64,000 bases of DNA from an uncultured Pseudomonadota bacterium (GTDB lineage: Bacteria; Myxococcota_A; Polyangia; Fen-1088), in contig CAVTSM010000005.1 in the NCBI GenBank assembly GCA_963737345.1, positions 334,064 to 398,063 of the forward strand, in the 5' to 3' direction. Shown one piece after another: positions 49,334 through 57,307 of the stretch (its first letter is position 1; each line of letters begins with the position of its first letter). The position numbers and the translations under genes were made by a program. The notes beneath the pieces were generated by a model, which worked only from the letters and a program-made list of their open reading frames with translations, did not search any database and was not told the origin of the DNA.

Positions 49334-51273
49334 CGCGGCCCGACCGATTTCAGGACCGGCCGCCCGGGATCACCGGCCGTCGCCCGAGCCTCGGTCACGA
49401 CGGCGGTGACGGCGGCAAGAAAGGCGTCGATGGTGGCGTCCGGCAGCTCGCCCATGTTCGCCACCTGGACGTATTGCGCCGCCAGGTCCCCCTTGGCGCG
49501 ATAGACGATGAACCCGCGCGCCTTCATCGCGTCGTAGAGGCCCGACACCGTCAGGTGAGCCGGAAGCCGCAGCGTCGAGATGGTGTGCGATTCACGCCCG
49601 GTGTTGGTGAGTGATTCGAACCCCAGGTCGGCGAACACCCGCCGTATTCGCAGGCTGCGTTCGCGGTAAAGCGCTCGCCGGCCGGGGACGCCGCCCTGCT
49701 CGGCCAGCTCGTCCAGCGCCGTCTCCAGCGCGAAGAACGACGACACCGCCGGCGTGAACGGCGTCTGGCGTAGCTCGGTCAGGTAGCGGCGATGCCGCTT
49801 CAGATCCAGGTAGTACACACGGGGCGCCACGTCGGCGATGCGCGCCCAGACCTGGGGCGCCACGCACAGGAACGAGACCCCGGACACGGAGTGCAGACAC
49901 TTGTTGGCCGACGAGTAGCAGATGTCGATCCCGTCGCGGGTCACGTCCAGGTCCTCGACGCCCAGCGCCGAGACGGCGTCGACGATCGAGGTCACGCCGC
50001 GGGCCCGGCACAGGCGCGCGATCTCGCCGATCGGGTTCAGCACGCCGACCGACGTTTCGTGATGGATGAGCGCGGCGGCCGCGATGTTCGGATCCGCGTC
50101 CAGCGCGCGCGCCACGTCCGCCGGGTCCGGCAGCGTTCCCCAGGGATAGCGCAGCGTGCAGCGCGGAATCCCGTGCAACGCCGCGATCTCTTCCAGGCGC
50201 TCGCCGAACGCGCCGTTGGTGACGACCAGGATCTTCTTGCCGGGCGGCACCACCGAGGAGATCGCCATCTCCATCGCCGCGGTCCCCGACCCGGTGATGA
50301 GCAGCATCTCGTGCTGGTCGGTGGCCCCGAAGACCGGTCGCAGCTTTTGCTGAAGCCGGCCCACGACCGCCGCGTAGTCGTCGTCCCGATGGCAGACGTC
50401 GTGGTGAACCAGGGCCGCCTTCACGCGTGCCGAGGTCATGACGGGCCCCGGGCTGAAGAGGACATAGCCCGGCTGGTCCTTCTCGGCCAAGAGGCGCTCG
50501 ATGAGGGCCAGCGTGTCGGCCGCCGTCGAGGCGGTCGATCCGCCGGGCACCGCCGGACGCGCCAGCTCGTCGCCGTAAACGCGCAGCAGCCACTCGGCGT
50601 GCTGGCGCATGGGCGGCGTGTCGACGTCCTGCCACAGCTTGGCGACCACGTCGTGCGCCGCCACCAGCCCGTCCGCCGCGGCCGCGGCGACGCCTTCGGT
50701 GAGCGATGGCCGCGGCAGCCGGTCCAGCGCGGCGATCAGGGACGGCGCCATCACGTAAAGACCAGTGCTGACGGCGGCGTACTTGGTGAGCTGCTTGCCG
50801 ATCTCCGCCACCCGATCGCCGGCCAGCCGGACCTTGGTGGCGTCGTCGATGTCGAAGACTCGCGCCAGATCCCGGTCTACGGCCAGGACCGTGGGGCCGC
50901 TGCCCGCCGGCAACGCGCAGAGCTCATGCACCAGCGCCGGGGCCGCGATCTGATCGGACATGACCAGCAGCGTCCGCTCGGTCACGAAGCCGCGAGCGGC
51001 CAGCACCGAGAGGCCGTTCGGGCCCTGCCACTCGTCGTTCTCGAAGAACGCGACGGGCCGGCCAGTCCTGGCGTTGGCACCGACGTGGCGGCGGATGGCG
51101 GCGCCCCCGTACCCGACCACGATCCCGATCTTCTGAATCCCCACCGCGTCCAGCAGACCCAGCGTGCGGTCCAGCAACGAGCGCCCGCCGACCGGTGCCA
51201 GGCAGTTGGGGAGATCGGCCTCGCCGATGCTGACCCCTTTCCCGGCGGCCAGGATGAGCGCGCGCGTGATCAC
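49330..51273 (-). CDS. bifunctional nucleotidyltransferase / class-V aminotransferase (2-aminoethylphosphonate:pyruvate transaminase-like)
   Basis: 647 aa. The N-terminal ~240 aa form a LicC/MobA-like nucleotidyltransferase (ALILAAGKGVS...). The C-terminal ~370 aa are PhnW-like (LFSPGPV..., GSGTAAME, PLP lysine in SSANKC). Confidence 0.75.
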   Translation of the reverse strand: MITRALILAAGKGVSIGEADLPNCLAPVGGRSLLDRTLGLLDAVGIQKIGIVVGYGGAAIRRHVGANARTGRPVAFFENDEWQGPNGLSVLAARGFVTERTLLVMSDQIAAPALVHELCALPAGSGPTVLAVDRDLARVFDIDDATKVRLAGDRVAEIGKQLTKYAAVSTGLYVMAPSLIAALDRLPRPSLTEGVAAAAADGLVAAHDVVAKLWQDVDTPPMRQHAEWLLRVYGDELARPAVPGGSTASTAADTLALIERLLAEKDQPGYVLFSPGPVMTSARVKAALVHHDVCHRDDDYAAVVGRLQQKLRPVFGATDQHEMLLITGSGTAAMEMAISSVVPPGKKILVVTNGAFGERLEEIAALHGIPRCTLRYPWGTLPDPADVARALDADPNIAAAALIHHETSVGVLNPIGEIARLCRARGVTSIVDAVSALGVEDLDVTRDGIDICYSSANKCLHSVSGVSFLCVAPQVWARIADVAPRVYYLDLKRHRRYLTELRQTPFTPAVSSFFALETALDELAEQGGVPGRRALYRERSLRIRRVFADLGFESLTNTGRESHTISTLRLPAHLTVSGLYDAMKARGFIVYRAKGDLAAQYVQVANMGELPDATIDAFLAAVTAVVTEARATAGDPGRPVLKSVGPR

Positions 51274-51280
51274 GCGGCGT

Positions 51281-51478
51281 TCAGCTCTTGCGCTGGCGGC
51301 TACCGGTCACGGCGGCATACGCATGCGGCATCTGACGTAGCGGCTCGGCGCGGAACGTCAGCAGGTAAACCGAGTTCTCGGTCTCGACGTAAATTTGGTC
51401 GCCGCCGGCATCGCCCAGCACGCGCCGAACCGGCGTCGTCACCATGCGGTGGCCGTTCGGATCGCGGAAAATGACCAT
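51281..51478 (-). CDS. small hypothetical protein (start uncertain)
   Basis: The minimal 65-aa version starts at ATG 51478. It could extend to GTG 51592. No domain recognised. Confidence 0.3.
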   Translation of the reverse strand: MVIFRDPNGHRMVTTPVRRVLGDAGGDQIYVETENSVYLLTFRAEPLRQMPHAYAAVTGSRQRKS

Positions 51479-51768
51479 TCCCCTTCCCACGCTGGGGTAG
51501 CTGATCAGGTAGCCGGCATAGGTACGGCCGAGGCCCAAAGACGCCCGCTCCCGGCCGTGATCCCGGATTTTTCTTGCGGTGACGCTGACCACGAGAGATC
51601 TCAGGTACGAGATTACCACATAGGGCCAGATACGGCCGGGATTGAGCGGGCCACCGCGTCGTAACCGGACCGTCCGGTCGCGACGACGTGCCCGAGACTG
51701 GGTCCAGCTTCCGATGCCTCCTGCCGCGGGGCCGGGGTGGCGCGACCCTGTATAATGCCGCGCTCCCA

Positions 51769-53352
51769 ATGGAAACTGCCAAACCCGCCGCGCGTGCCGG
51801 CAACCTGACCGCCGCACTGGTCGTGGTCGCGGTGCTCGAGCTGGCGGTCAATCGGCTGGGGGGGCGGCTGTTTTTTCCACGCGCCACCCTGTCGCTGGGC
51901 GGCGGCTCCCGGACGTCCAGCCTGGTCGCGACTGCCGGACCGTTCCTGTTCCAGCTGACGGCGGTGCTGTCCCTGCTGGTCTTGGTCGCGGCGTTGGTCG
52001 GCGTGCTGCGGCGGGGCGAGATCTACCCGCGCGCCATGCGCTTTTCGGTCGCGTTCATCGGGTTGGTCTTCGTGATCTTCGACGCGCAGGGTCTGCTCCG
52101 GGGCCAGCTGCCGCCCCGCCTCTTCGTGTACCTCGAGACCAGCTACGGGTTCCTGGCCCTGCTGACGGCGGTGGCGGTGGTGTCGGCGCCCGCACCCGCC
52201 CGCGTGAAGCTGGGGATCGCGATGTTCGCGTTGCCCGGCGCGATGCACGCAGCCGCCATCCTGAGCGCCGGGTTGGGTCGCGGGGAAGGTACGACCTCGG
52301 CGCTGGCCGGCGCGGGCGAGGCGGCCTTGATTGCCGCCGCCGTGGGCGCCCCGCTGTTGTTGCCTTTGCCGGGGTGGCGCGATCGCCACTGGCGGCTGCC
52401 GCTGGCAGTCGCCGGCGCGGCGACCTTGCTGTTCGTTTCGTTCCTTCTCTTGCGGTTCGATCTGGTGCAGGCCAGCGCCCTTTATGGACTGCGGATGGAG
52501 CTGCCGCCGCCCCGCTCGGCGGCGGGGCTCGTCTACGTCGTGGCTTTTTTCGCCTGGACGGTGGCCTTGCTTCAATTGTTCGGCGAAAGAGGCGGGATGC
52601 GGCTGGCGGCGTACGGCCTGGGGTTGCTGGCGCTGGGCGGCTACGACGCGGGCTCGCCCGTCGAGCTCTCGCTGTCCCTGCTGGGCCTGCTGGCCTTGGC
52701 GGTCGGCGAGGTTCGGGCCGCGCGGGCGGGTGATCCGGGGCGGCCCCGGATCGCCGCCGCCGATTGGCGTGCGTTCGTGGGGCGTCTGGCGACCGCGGCG
52801 GGCGACGGCACCCAGCCCGACGAATCGCGCGCCCAAGCCGTGATCGCCGAAGAGGGCGAGCTGGAGGTGAGCCGGATCCAGACCTATCGCCGCGGCTATC
52901 CCCTGACGATGAAACTGATGCGCCGTCGCGGGGCCGTGGTCGAGCTGGACGCGACGATCGGCGAGATCGGGCGCGAGCTGCCGGACGCCAGCGTCGAGCG
53001 CCACCGCCGCTGGCTCGAGCGCAACCCGGAGAACCGCCTGAAGCTGCCCCGCCTCAAGACGGGTGACGCGAGCTTCGATCAGAAGTTCAGCGTCCACGGG
53101 ACGGCGAACCTCGGAGACGCGGAGCTGCGACGCCGTCTGGCGCGTCAGCAGGGCGACGGTGTCCTGACCATCTGGAACGGCCGGGCGGCCCGTTACGTCC
53201 TTTCCAACCCCGCCGTCCTCGACGAAGCGCCGGCCCTGTTCGCGGGAAAGCTCGACGGCGAGCCCCCTGTCACGACGGCCGTCTCTCTGCTGGACACGCT
53301 GGCCGACCTCATCGAGGCCTCGACGCCCGCCGAGAACGACTCCGAGTCGTAG
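51769..53352 (+). CDS. polytopic membrane protein with C-terminal soluble domain, function unknown
   Basis: 527 aa from METAKPAARAG, with about 9-10 hydrophobic helices followed by a soluble region of about 200 aa. Confidence 0.6.
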   Translation: METAKPAARAGNLTAALVVVAVLELAVNRLGGRLFFPRATLSLGGGSRTSSLVATAGPFLFQLTAVLSLLVLVAALVGVLRRGEIYPRAMRFSVAFIGLVFVIFDAQGLLRGQLPPRLFVYLETSYGFLALLTAVAVVSAPAPARVKLGIAMFALPGAMHAAAILSAGLGRGEGTTSALAGAGEAALIAAAVGAPLLLPLPGWRDRHWRLPLAVAGAATLLFVSFLLLRFDLVQASALYGLRMELPPPRSAAGLVYVVAFFAWTVALLQLFGERGGMRLAAYGLGLLALGGYDAGSPVELSLSLLGLLALAVGEVRAARAGDPGRPRIAAADWRAFVGRLATAAGDGTQPDESRAQAVIAEEGELEVSRIQTYRRGYPLTMKLMRRRGAVVELDATIGEIGRELPDASVERHRRWLERNPENRLKLPRLKTGDASFDQKFSVHGTANLGDAELRRRLARQQGDGVLTIWNGRAARYVLSNPAVLDEAPALFAGKLDGEPPVTTAVSLLDTLADLIEASTPAENDSES

Positions 53353-53439
53353 GCACAGGGCCTCGGGCCTCCGACCTCGGCCTCAGCGGCGTGAGGCTGT
53401 CCCCCCGAGGCCCGATCACCCGAGGCCTGAGGCCCTTTT

Positions 53440-54762
53440 TTACGGCGCGGTGGCCGGCTCGGTTGCGGCGCGCGGGGCCGCCTGACCCTCGAGCTCGTGA
53501 ACTTGTCGCCGTGCGGCCGGGGCGTCGGCGCCCGAGGGCGCCGTCTCCAGGTAACGATTGTAGGCGGCGACGGCCTGGGCCGGCTGCCCTTCCAGCCGGT
53601 ACGCCTCGCCAAGCCCGAATAGGGCCGGGGCGTACCCCGGGGACAAGTTGAGGGCGCGCTTGAACGTGTCGATCGCCGCCAGCGGCTTGTGCCGGTCGAG
53701 CAGCACATACGCGCTGCCGGTCAGCGCGGCCACGCCGTTCGACTGCAGGTGCAGCGCCTCGTCGTAGAGCTTCTGCGCCTTCAGCGTCTGTCCGTTCTCG
53801 ATGGCGCGGTCCCCGTCCGCCACCAGGCGCTCATAGCTCTGCGGCCGCGCGCTGTCGCCGCCGGACGCCGGGACAGCCGCGCGAGCAGGGGCCGCCCGCG
53901 TGTTCGCGGCCGCGGCGGGGGCGGGTGCTGCTGGCGGCGCGGCCGCCGGGGCGGGCGACGGCGCGGCCGCCGGCGGATTCGCGGCCGCCGGATTCGGGGC
54001 CGCCGGGGGCGGCGCCGGAGGCGCGGGAGACGACGGCGCAGCCGATGGCGCCGCGGGAACGGGAGGCGCGGCCGTGACGGGCGGTGCTGCCGGCGCCGGT
54101 GCCCCGCCCGGCCCGCGCTTGAAGCCCAGATAACCGGCGGCTCCCGCGAGGGCCGCCACCAAGAGGATCAAGATCGTGCGGCCACGGCGCGCGCCCGCCA
54201 ACCCCGCCGCGGCGAGATCGTCGTCGTCGACGACGGCCGGGCTGCTGTTGTCGTACCTGCTTCGACCGTTGCCACCGGTCGTCAACACGTCGTCGTCGTC
54301 GGGATCCGGCGAGACGTATGCCTGCGCGGGCGGCCTGGATGCACGCGGCGGCTCGGACCGGGTCGAGCGGGCGCGGCCGGTGGCCGCCGCTCGGTCAGCC
54401 TGATCGACCACCTCGAAGAACGGCCGCAGCTCGTCGATCTCGCCCAGCTTCCGCCAGGTGCTGCCCGGCGCGCAGACGCGGTCGCCGCGGGTGACCCGCC
54501 GCTCGACGATCCATTTTTGCAGCGTCGTCGAGTCGCGGAACCGATGCGTCTTGCCCTCTTCAGTCGTCAGCATCCACGAAGCCGTGGGCTGATCGGCGAT
54601 CGACGGCATCGCCGCCGGGGTGCCGCCCGCAATCGCGGGGCCCGGCCGCGTGACCACGAAGGTGTGGCCACAGGTGGTGCACTGAACCGTGGCGCCGTCA
54701 GCCGTGACGCTCGCGTCGTCGAGCTCGTATTCGGTCTGACAGCGGTCGCAGCGAACGTCCAT
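53440..54762 (-). CDS. zinc-ribbon (MJ0042-type) / TM / TPR-repeat protein
   Basis: It starts MDVRCDRCQTEYELDD...VQCTTCGHTF. It continues with a GYF_2-like segment, one TM segment, a long Pro/Ala low-complexity linker, and C-terminal TPR repeats. Confidence 0.7.
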   Translation of the reverse strand: MDVRCDRCQTEYELDDASVTADGATVQCTTCGHTFVVTRPGPAIAGGTPAAMPSIADQPTASWMLTTEEGKTHRFRDSTTLQKWIVERRVTRGDRVCAPGSTWRKLGEIDELRPFFEVVDQADRAAATGRARSTRSEPPRASRPPAQAYVSPDPDDDDVLTTGGNGRSRYDNSSPAVVDDDDLAAAGLAGARRGRTILILLVAALAGAAGYLGFKRGPGGAPAPAAPPVTAAPPVPAAPSAAPSSPAPPAPPPAAPNPAAANPPAAAPSPAPAAAPPAAPAPAAAANTRAAPARAAVPASGGDSARPQSYERLVADGDRAIENGQTLKAQKLYDEALHLQSNGVAALTGSAYVLLDRHKPLAAIDTFKRALNLSPGYAPALFGLGEAYRLEGQPAQAVAAYNRYLETAPSGADAPAARRQVHELEGQAAPRAATEPATAP

Positions 54763-54907
54763 GGAGGGGACCCGGGGGATTTCCCGCGCGAATCGAGGGG
54801 CGAAACATACCACGTCGCCGCGGGTGACAACCGGCGAGGTCACCTATCGGCCGACACCACCTGCCATGGTTTGCTTCGCGCGCCGTTGTCTTTCGGCCAA
54901 CGCCTTT

Positions 54908-55786
54908 TTAGAGACTTTCGGGGAACAGCGCGTACAGCTGCGCCGGCGGAGGCGTGTAGGCGCCCTTGACCATCAGGTTGCCGAGGTGGTCGACGCGGAA
55001 CCCGCGCGCAAAGGCCCTTAACAGCACCGAAGGCGTCGCCCCCGACGCGCGGATGACCGCCGCACGTCCCGGAAGCGCGAGCGCGACCGCATCGATGAGG
55101 TCGGCCATGACGTCGGCCGATTCCGCGATGCCGGGACCAATCACCACCCGGGCGGGCAGCGACCGATAGAAGAGAAAGCCGGCCAGCGTCCCATCCGGCC
55201 CGTCGGCGGCAAAGCCGTTGCCGCTGGAGGCGAGCAGCGCGAAGTCCGGGCGCCGATCGGCCCCCCCGCGTGCCCGATCGTATCGCTCGACTGCCTGCAG
55301 ATCTTCGCCCCGCAGCTGCCGGACCGGCGGCGCCTTCGAAGGCGGCGCCATGCGGTCGGCCAGCAAGTAGGGGGCCACGTCGGCGACCACGTAGCCGAGG
55401 CGCGCGTAGAGGCCGAAAGAGTCGGGGTTGAACGCGTCTTGGAACAGCCGATGGCTGGTCGATGCCGGCGCGATCCGTCCCAGCTCCGTCATCAGCGCCC
55501 GCGCCACGCCAGCCGGCGCGCCGGGCCGCGACGCCAGCGGCCCGACGCTGGTCACGGGGCCCCGCGGGTGGGCGAACCCGACACCCACCGCATCCGAGCC
55601 GACGCGTGCGATCGCGCAACCGGAGGGGTCCAGGTCCAGGTAGGCGCGGCAGAGCCACCCGGCGCTGTCGCGGGTGGGAAATGGCGGGACGTGACCACGT
55701 TGCCGGTAGACGGCGCCGAACGCGTCGAACAGGATGGCGGCGGCGGGCTCGATGTCGCCTTTTTCCATGCGCGCGACCCGGATCAT
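54908..55786 (-). CDS. GNAT-family acetyltransferase (two-domain)
   Basis: 292 aa. The N-terminal half resembles a GNAT fold (...GVARALMTEL...FGLYARLGY). Confidence 0.55.
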   Translation of the reverse strand: MIRVARMEKGDIEPAAAILFDAFGAVYRQRGHVPPFPTRDSAGWLCRAYLDLDPSGCAIARVGSDAVGVGFAHPRGPVTSVGPLASRPGAPAGVARALMTELGRIAPASTSHRLFQDAFNPDSFGLYARLGYVVADVAPYLLADRMAPPSKAPPVRQLRGEDLQAVERYDRARGGADRRPDFALLASSGNGFAADGPDGTLAGFLFYRSLPARVVIGPGIAESADVMADLIDAVALALPGRAAVIRASGATPSVLLRAFARGFRVDHLGNLMVKGAYTPPPAQLYALFPESL

Positions 55787-55826
55787 GGCCAGACGTGACG
55801 ATCATGCGCGCGGTCGCGCGTCGCGC

Positions 55827-56495
55827 CTAGGGGAATCGCGCTTGAACGCCGATGCCGGCGTCCACTTCGAACCGCAGCCAGCGGACGAGGCCCAAGGTTT
55901 CCCCGAACTGCAGGTAGAACCCGAGATTGCGCATCACCTCGAACATGAACCCGTTCGCGTTGCGAACGCCGAGGTCGTAGTCTTTGATCCCCGGCTCGTG
56001 CTGCGGGTTCAGATCGTAGATACCTTGGATGGTGGCGAAGAACTTCGCCGGCTGGTCTGCGTCCACCCAGTAGCGGACGCCCGGGGCGACGGCGAACTGG
56101 TGCGACTGGCTGAAGTCGGCTTCGATCCCGAACCGCAGGTCGACGATGACGTCCCAGTGGGCGGCGAACCCGAAGGACGCCTGGGCGTCGAGAAACAGCG
56201 GAATCCGGCCGGCACACACCCGTGTGTTGAGCTGGCCGCACGGGATGTTGTCCTTGTACGGGGCGATGATCCGATATCCGGAGCCCGGCATGATCGCCAA
56301 CCCGAACTGATCGCGGTGCAACAGAGACGGCGGCTTGAGGCGCGGGAACTTCTTGGCCGGATCGGGTTGCCGGAGCTGGGTTCCTGGCTGACCGGCGGCC
56401 GGCTTGGAAGGCGCCGGCTCGGGGTTCGCCGCGTGTCCCCCAGAACCCAGCAGCGAGGAAACGACGACCGCGATCGTCACGATGGTCGCTCGCAT
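55827..56495 (-). CDS. putative outer-membrane beta-barrel protein
   Basis: 222 aa from MRATIVTIAVVV, with a signal peptide, beta-strand periodicity and a terminal ...GVQARFP. The upstream part of the track ORF looks non-coding. Confidence 0.5.
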   Translation of the reverse strand: MRATIVTIAVVVSSLLGSGGHAANPEPAPSKPAAGQPGTQLRQPDPAKKFPRLKPPSLLHRDQFGLAIMPGSGYRIIAPYKDNIPCGQLNTRVCAGRIPLFLDAQASFGFAAHWDVIVDLRFGIEADFSQSHQFAVAPGVRYWVDADQPAKFFATIQGIYDLNPQHEPGIKDYDLGVRNANGFMFEVMRNLGFYLQFGETLGLVRWLRFEVDAGIGVQARFP

Positions 56496-56530
56496 GGGCG
56501 CTTCATTGTAAGCCGAAACGGAGATCGGCC

Positions 56531-57307
56531 GTGAGGGATGTGTCGCGGATTTCGCGTCGCGGGCTGTTGGGGGCAGGCGCCGGCGCAGCGCTGGCCGTGG
56601 GTTGGCGACGGCCGGCCGGCGCGATCGGCGAGCGCTCGCTCTTCCGGTTTGCGCGCGCGGTCCTGCCGGGGCTTCCCGACCCACGCCCGACGGCGCTGGG
56701 ACGCCTGGCGTGGGAGGTGGTCCGGCGCACCAGCGTGCAAACCACGTCGGACCCCGTCCAGCTGCGCCTCGGCGACCCGAATCTGTTCCGCCACCCATTC
56801 CTGGTCCTGTCCGGCGACCGTGCGTTCGCGCTGCCGTCGGAGTCGGACATCGCCCGGCTGCGGCGCTACATCACCTATGGCGGCTTCCTGCTGATCGATT
56901 CATCGGAAGGGCGGGCAGGCGGCGGGTTCGACGAATCGGTGCGCCGGCTGCTGGCTCAGACGCTGCCCGGCGAGCTGCCGATCCGCATCCCCGAATCCCA
57001 CGTGCTGTGGAAATCGTTTTACGTCTTGCACGGCGCGCCGGGGCGCATCGTCGCGGCGCCCTATCTGGAAGGGGTGGAACGCGATCGCCGTCTGGCCGTC
57101 GTTTACACGCAGAACGACCTGGGAGGCGCCTGGGCGCGCGACGGTTTCGGACGCTGGGAGCACGAGGTGATCCCGGGCGGGGACGATCAGCGTGAAGAGG
57201 CGTTCCGGCTCGGCGTGAACCTGGTCATGTACGCGCTGTGCCTGGATTACAAAACCGAGCAGGCGCACATCGATTACATCCTGCGGACCCGGCGGTACCC
57301 CCGATGA
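56531..57307 (+). CDS. DUF4159-like protein with Tat signal
   Basis: 258 aa with a twin-arginine leader SRRGLLGAGAGAA. It has the conserved ...HPFLVLSGDRAF...YGGFLLIDS.... Confidence 0.65.
   Translation: MRDVSRISRRGLLGAGAGAALAVGWRRPAGAIGERSLFRFARAVLPGLPDPRPTALGRLAWEVVRRTSVQTTSDPVQLRLGDPNLFRHPFLVLSGDRAFALPSESDIARLRRYITYGGFLLIDSSEGRAGGGFDESVRRLLAQTLPGELPIRIPESHVLWKSFYVLHGAPGRIVAAPYLEGVERDRRLAVVYTQNDLGGAWARDGFGRWEHEVIPGGDDQREEAFRLGVNLVMYALCLDYKTEQAHIDYILRTRRYPR

Noticed and set aside
51751-51756. A TATAAT hexamer 12 nt upstream of the ATG at 51769, as a promoter -10 element.
   Set aside because: There is no matching -35 element, and the spacing would imply an almost leaderless mRNA. Evidence is insufficient from sequence alone.
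53356-53441. GC-rich nested hairpins followed by a T-run between the convergent genes 51769..53352 and 53440..54762, as a rho-independent terminator.
   Set aside because: Pairing (GGGCCTCGGG with CCCGAGGCCC, GCCTCA with TGAGGC) is present. However, the stem adjacent to the T-run is weak and the T-run overlaps the stop codon of the opposing gene. It is plausible but not solid enough to list as a feature.
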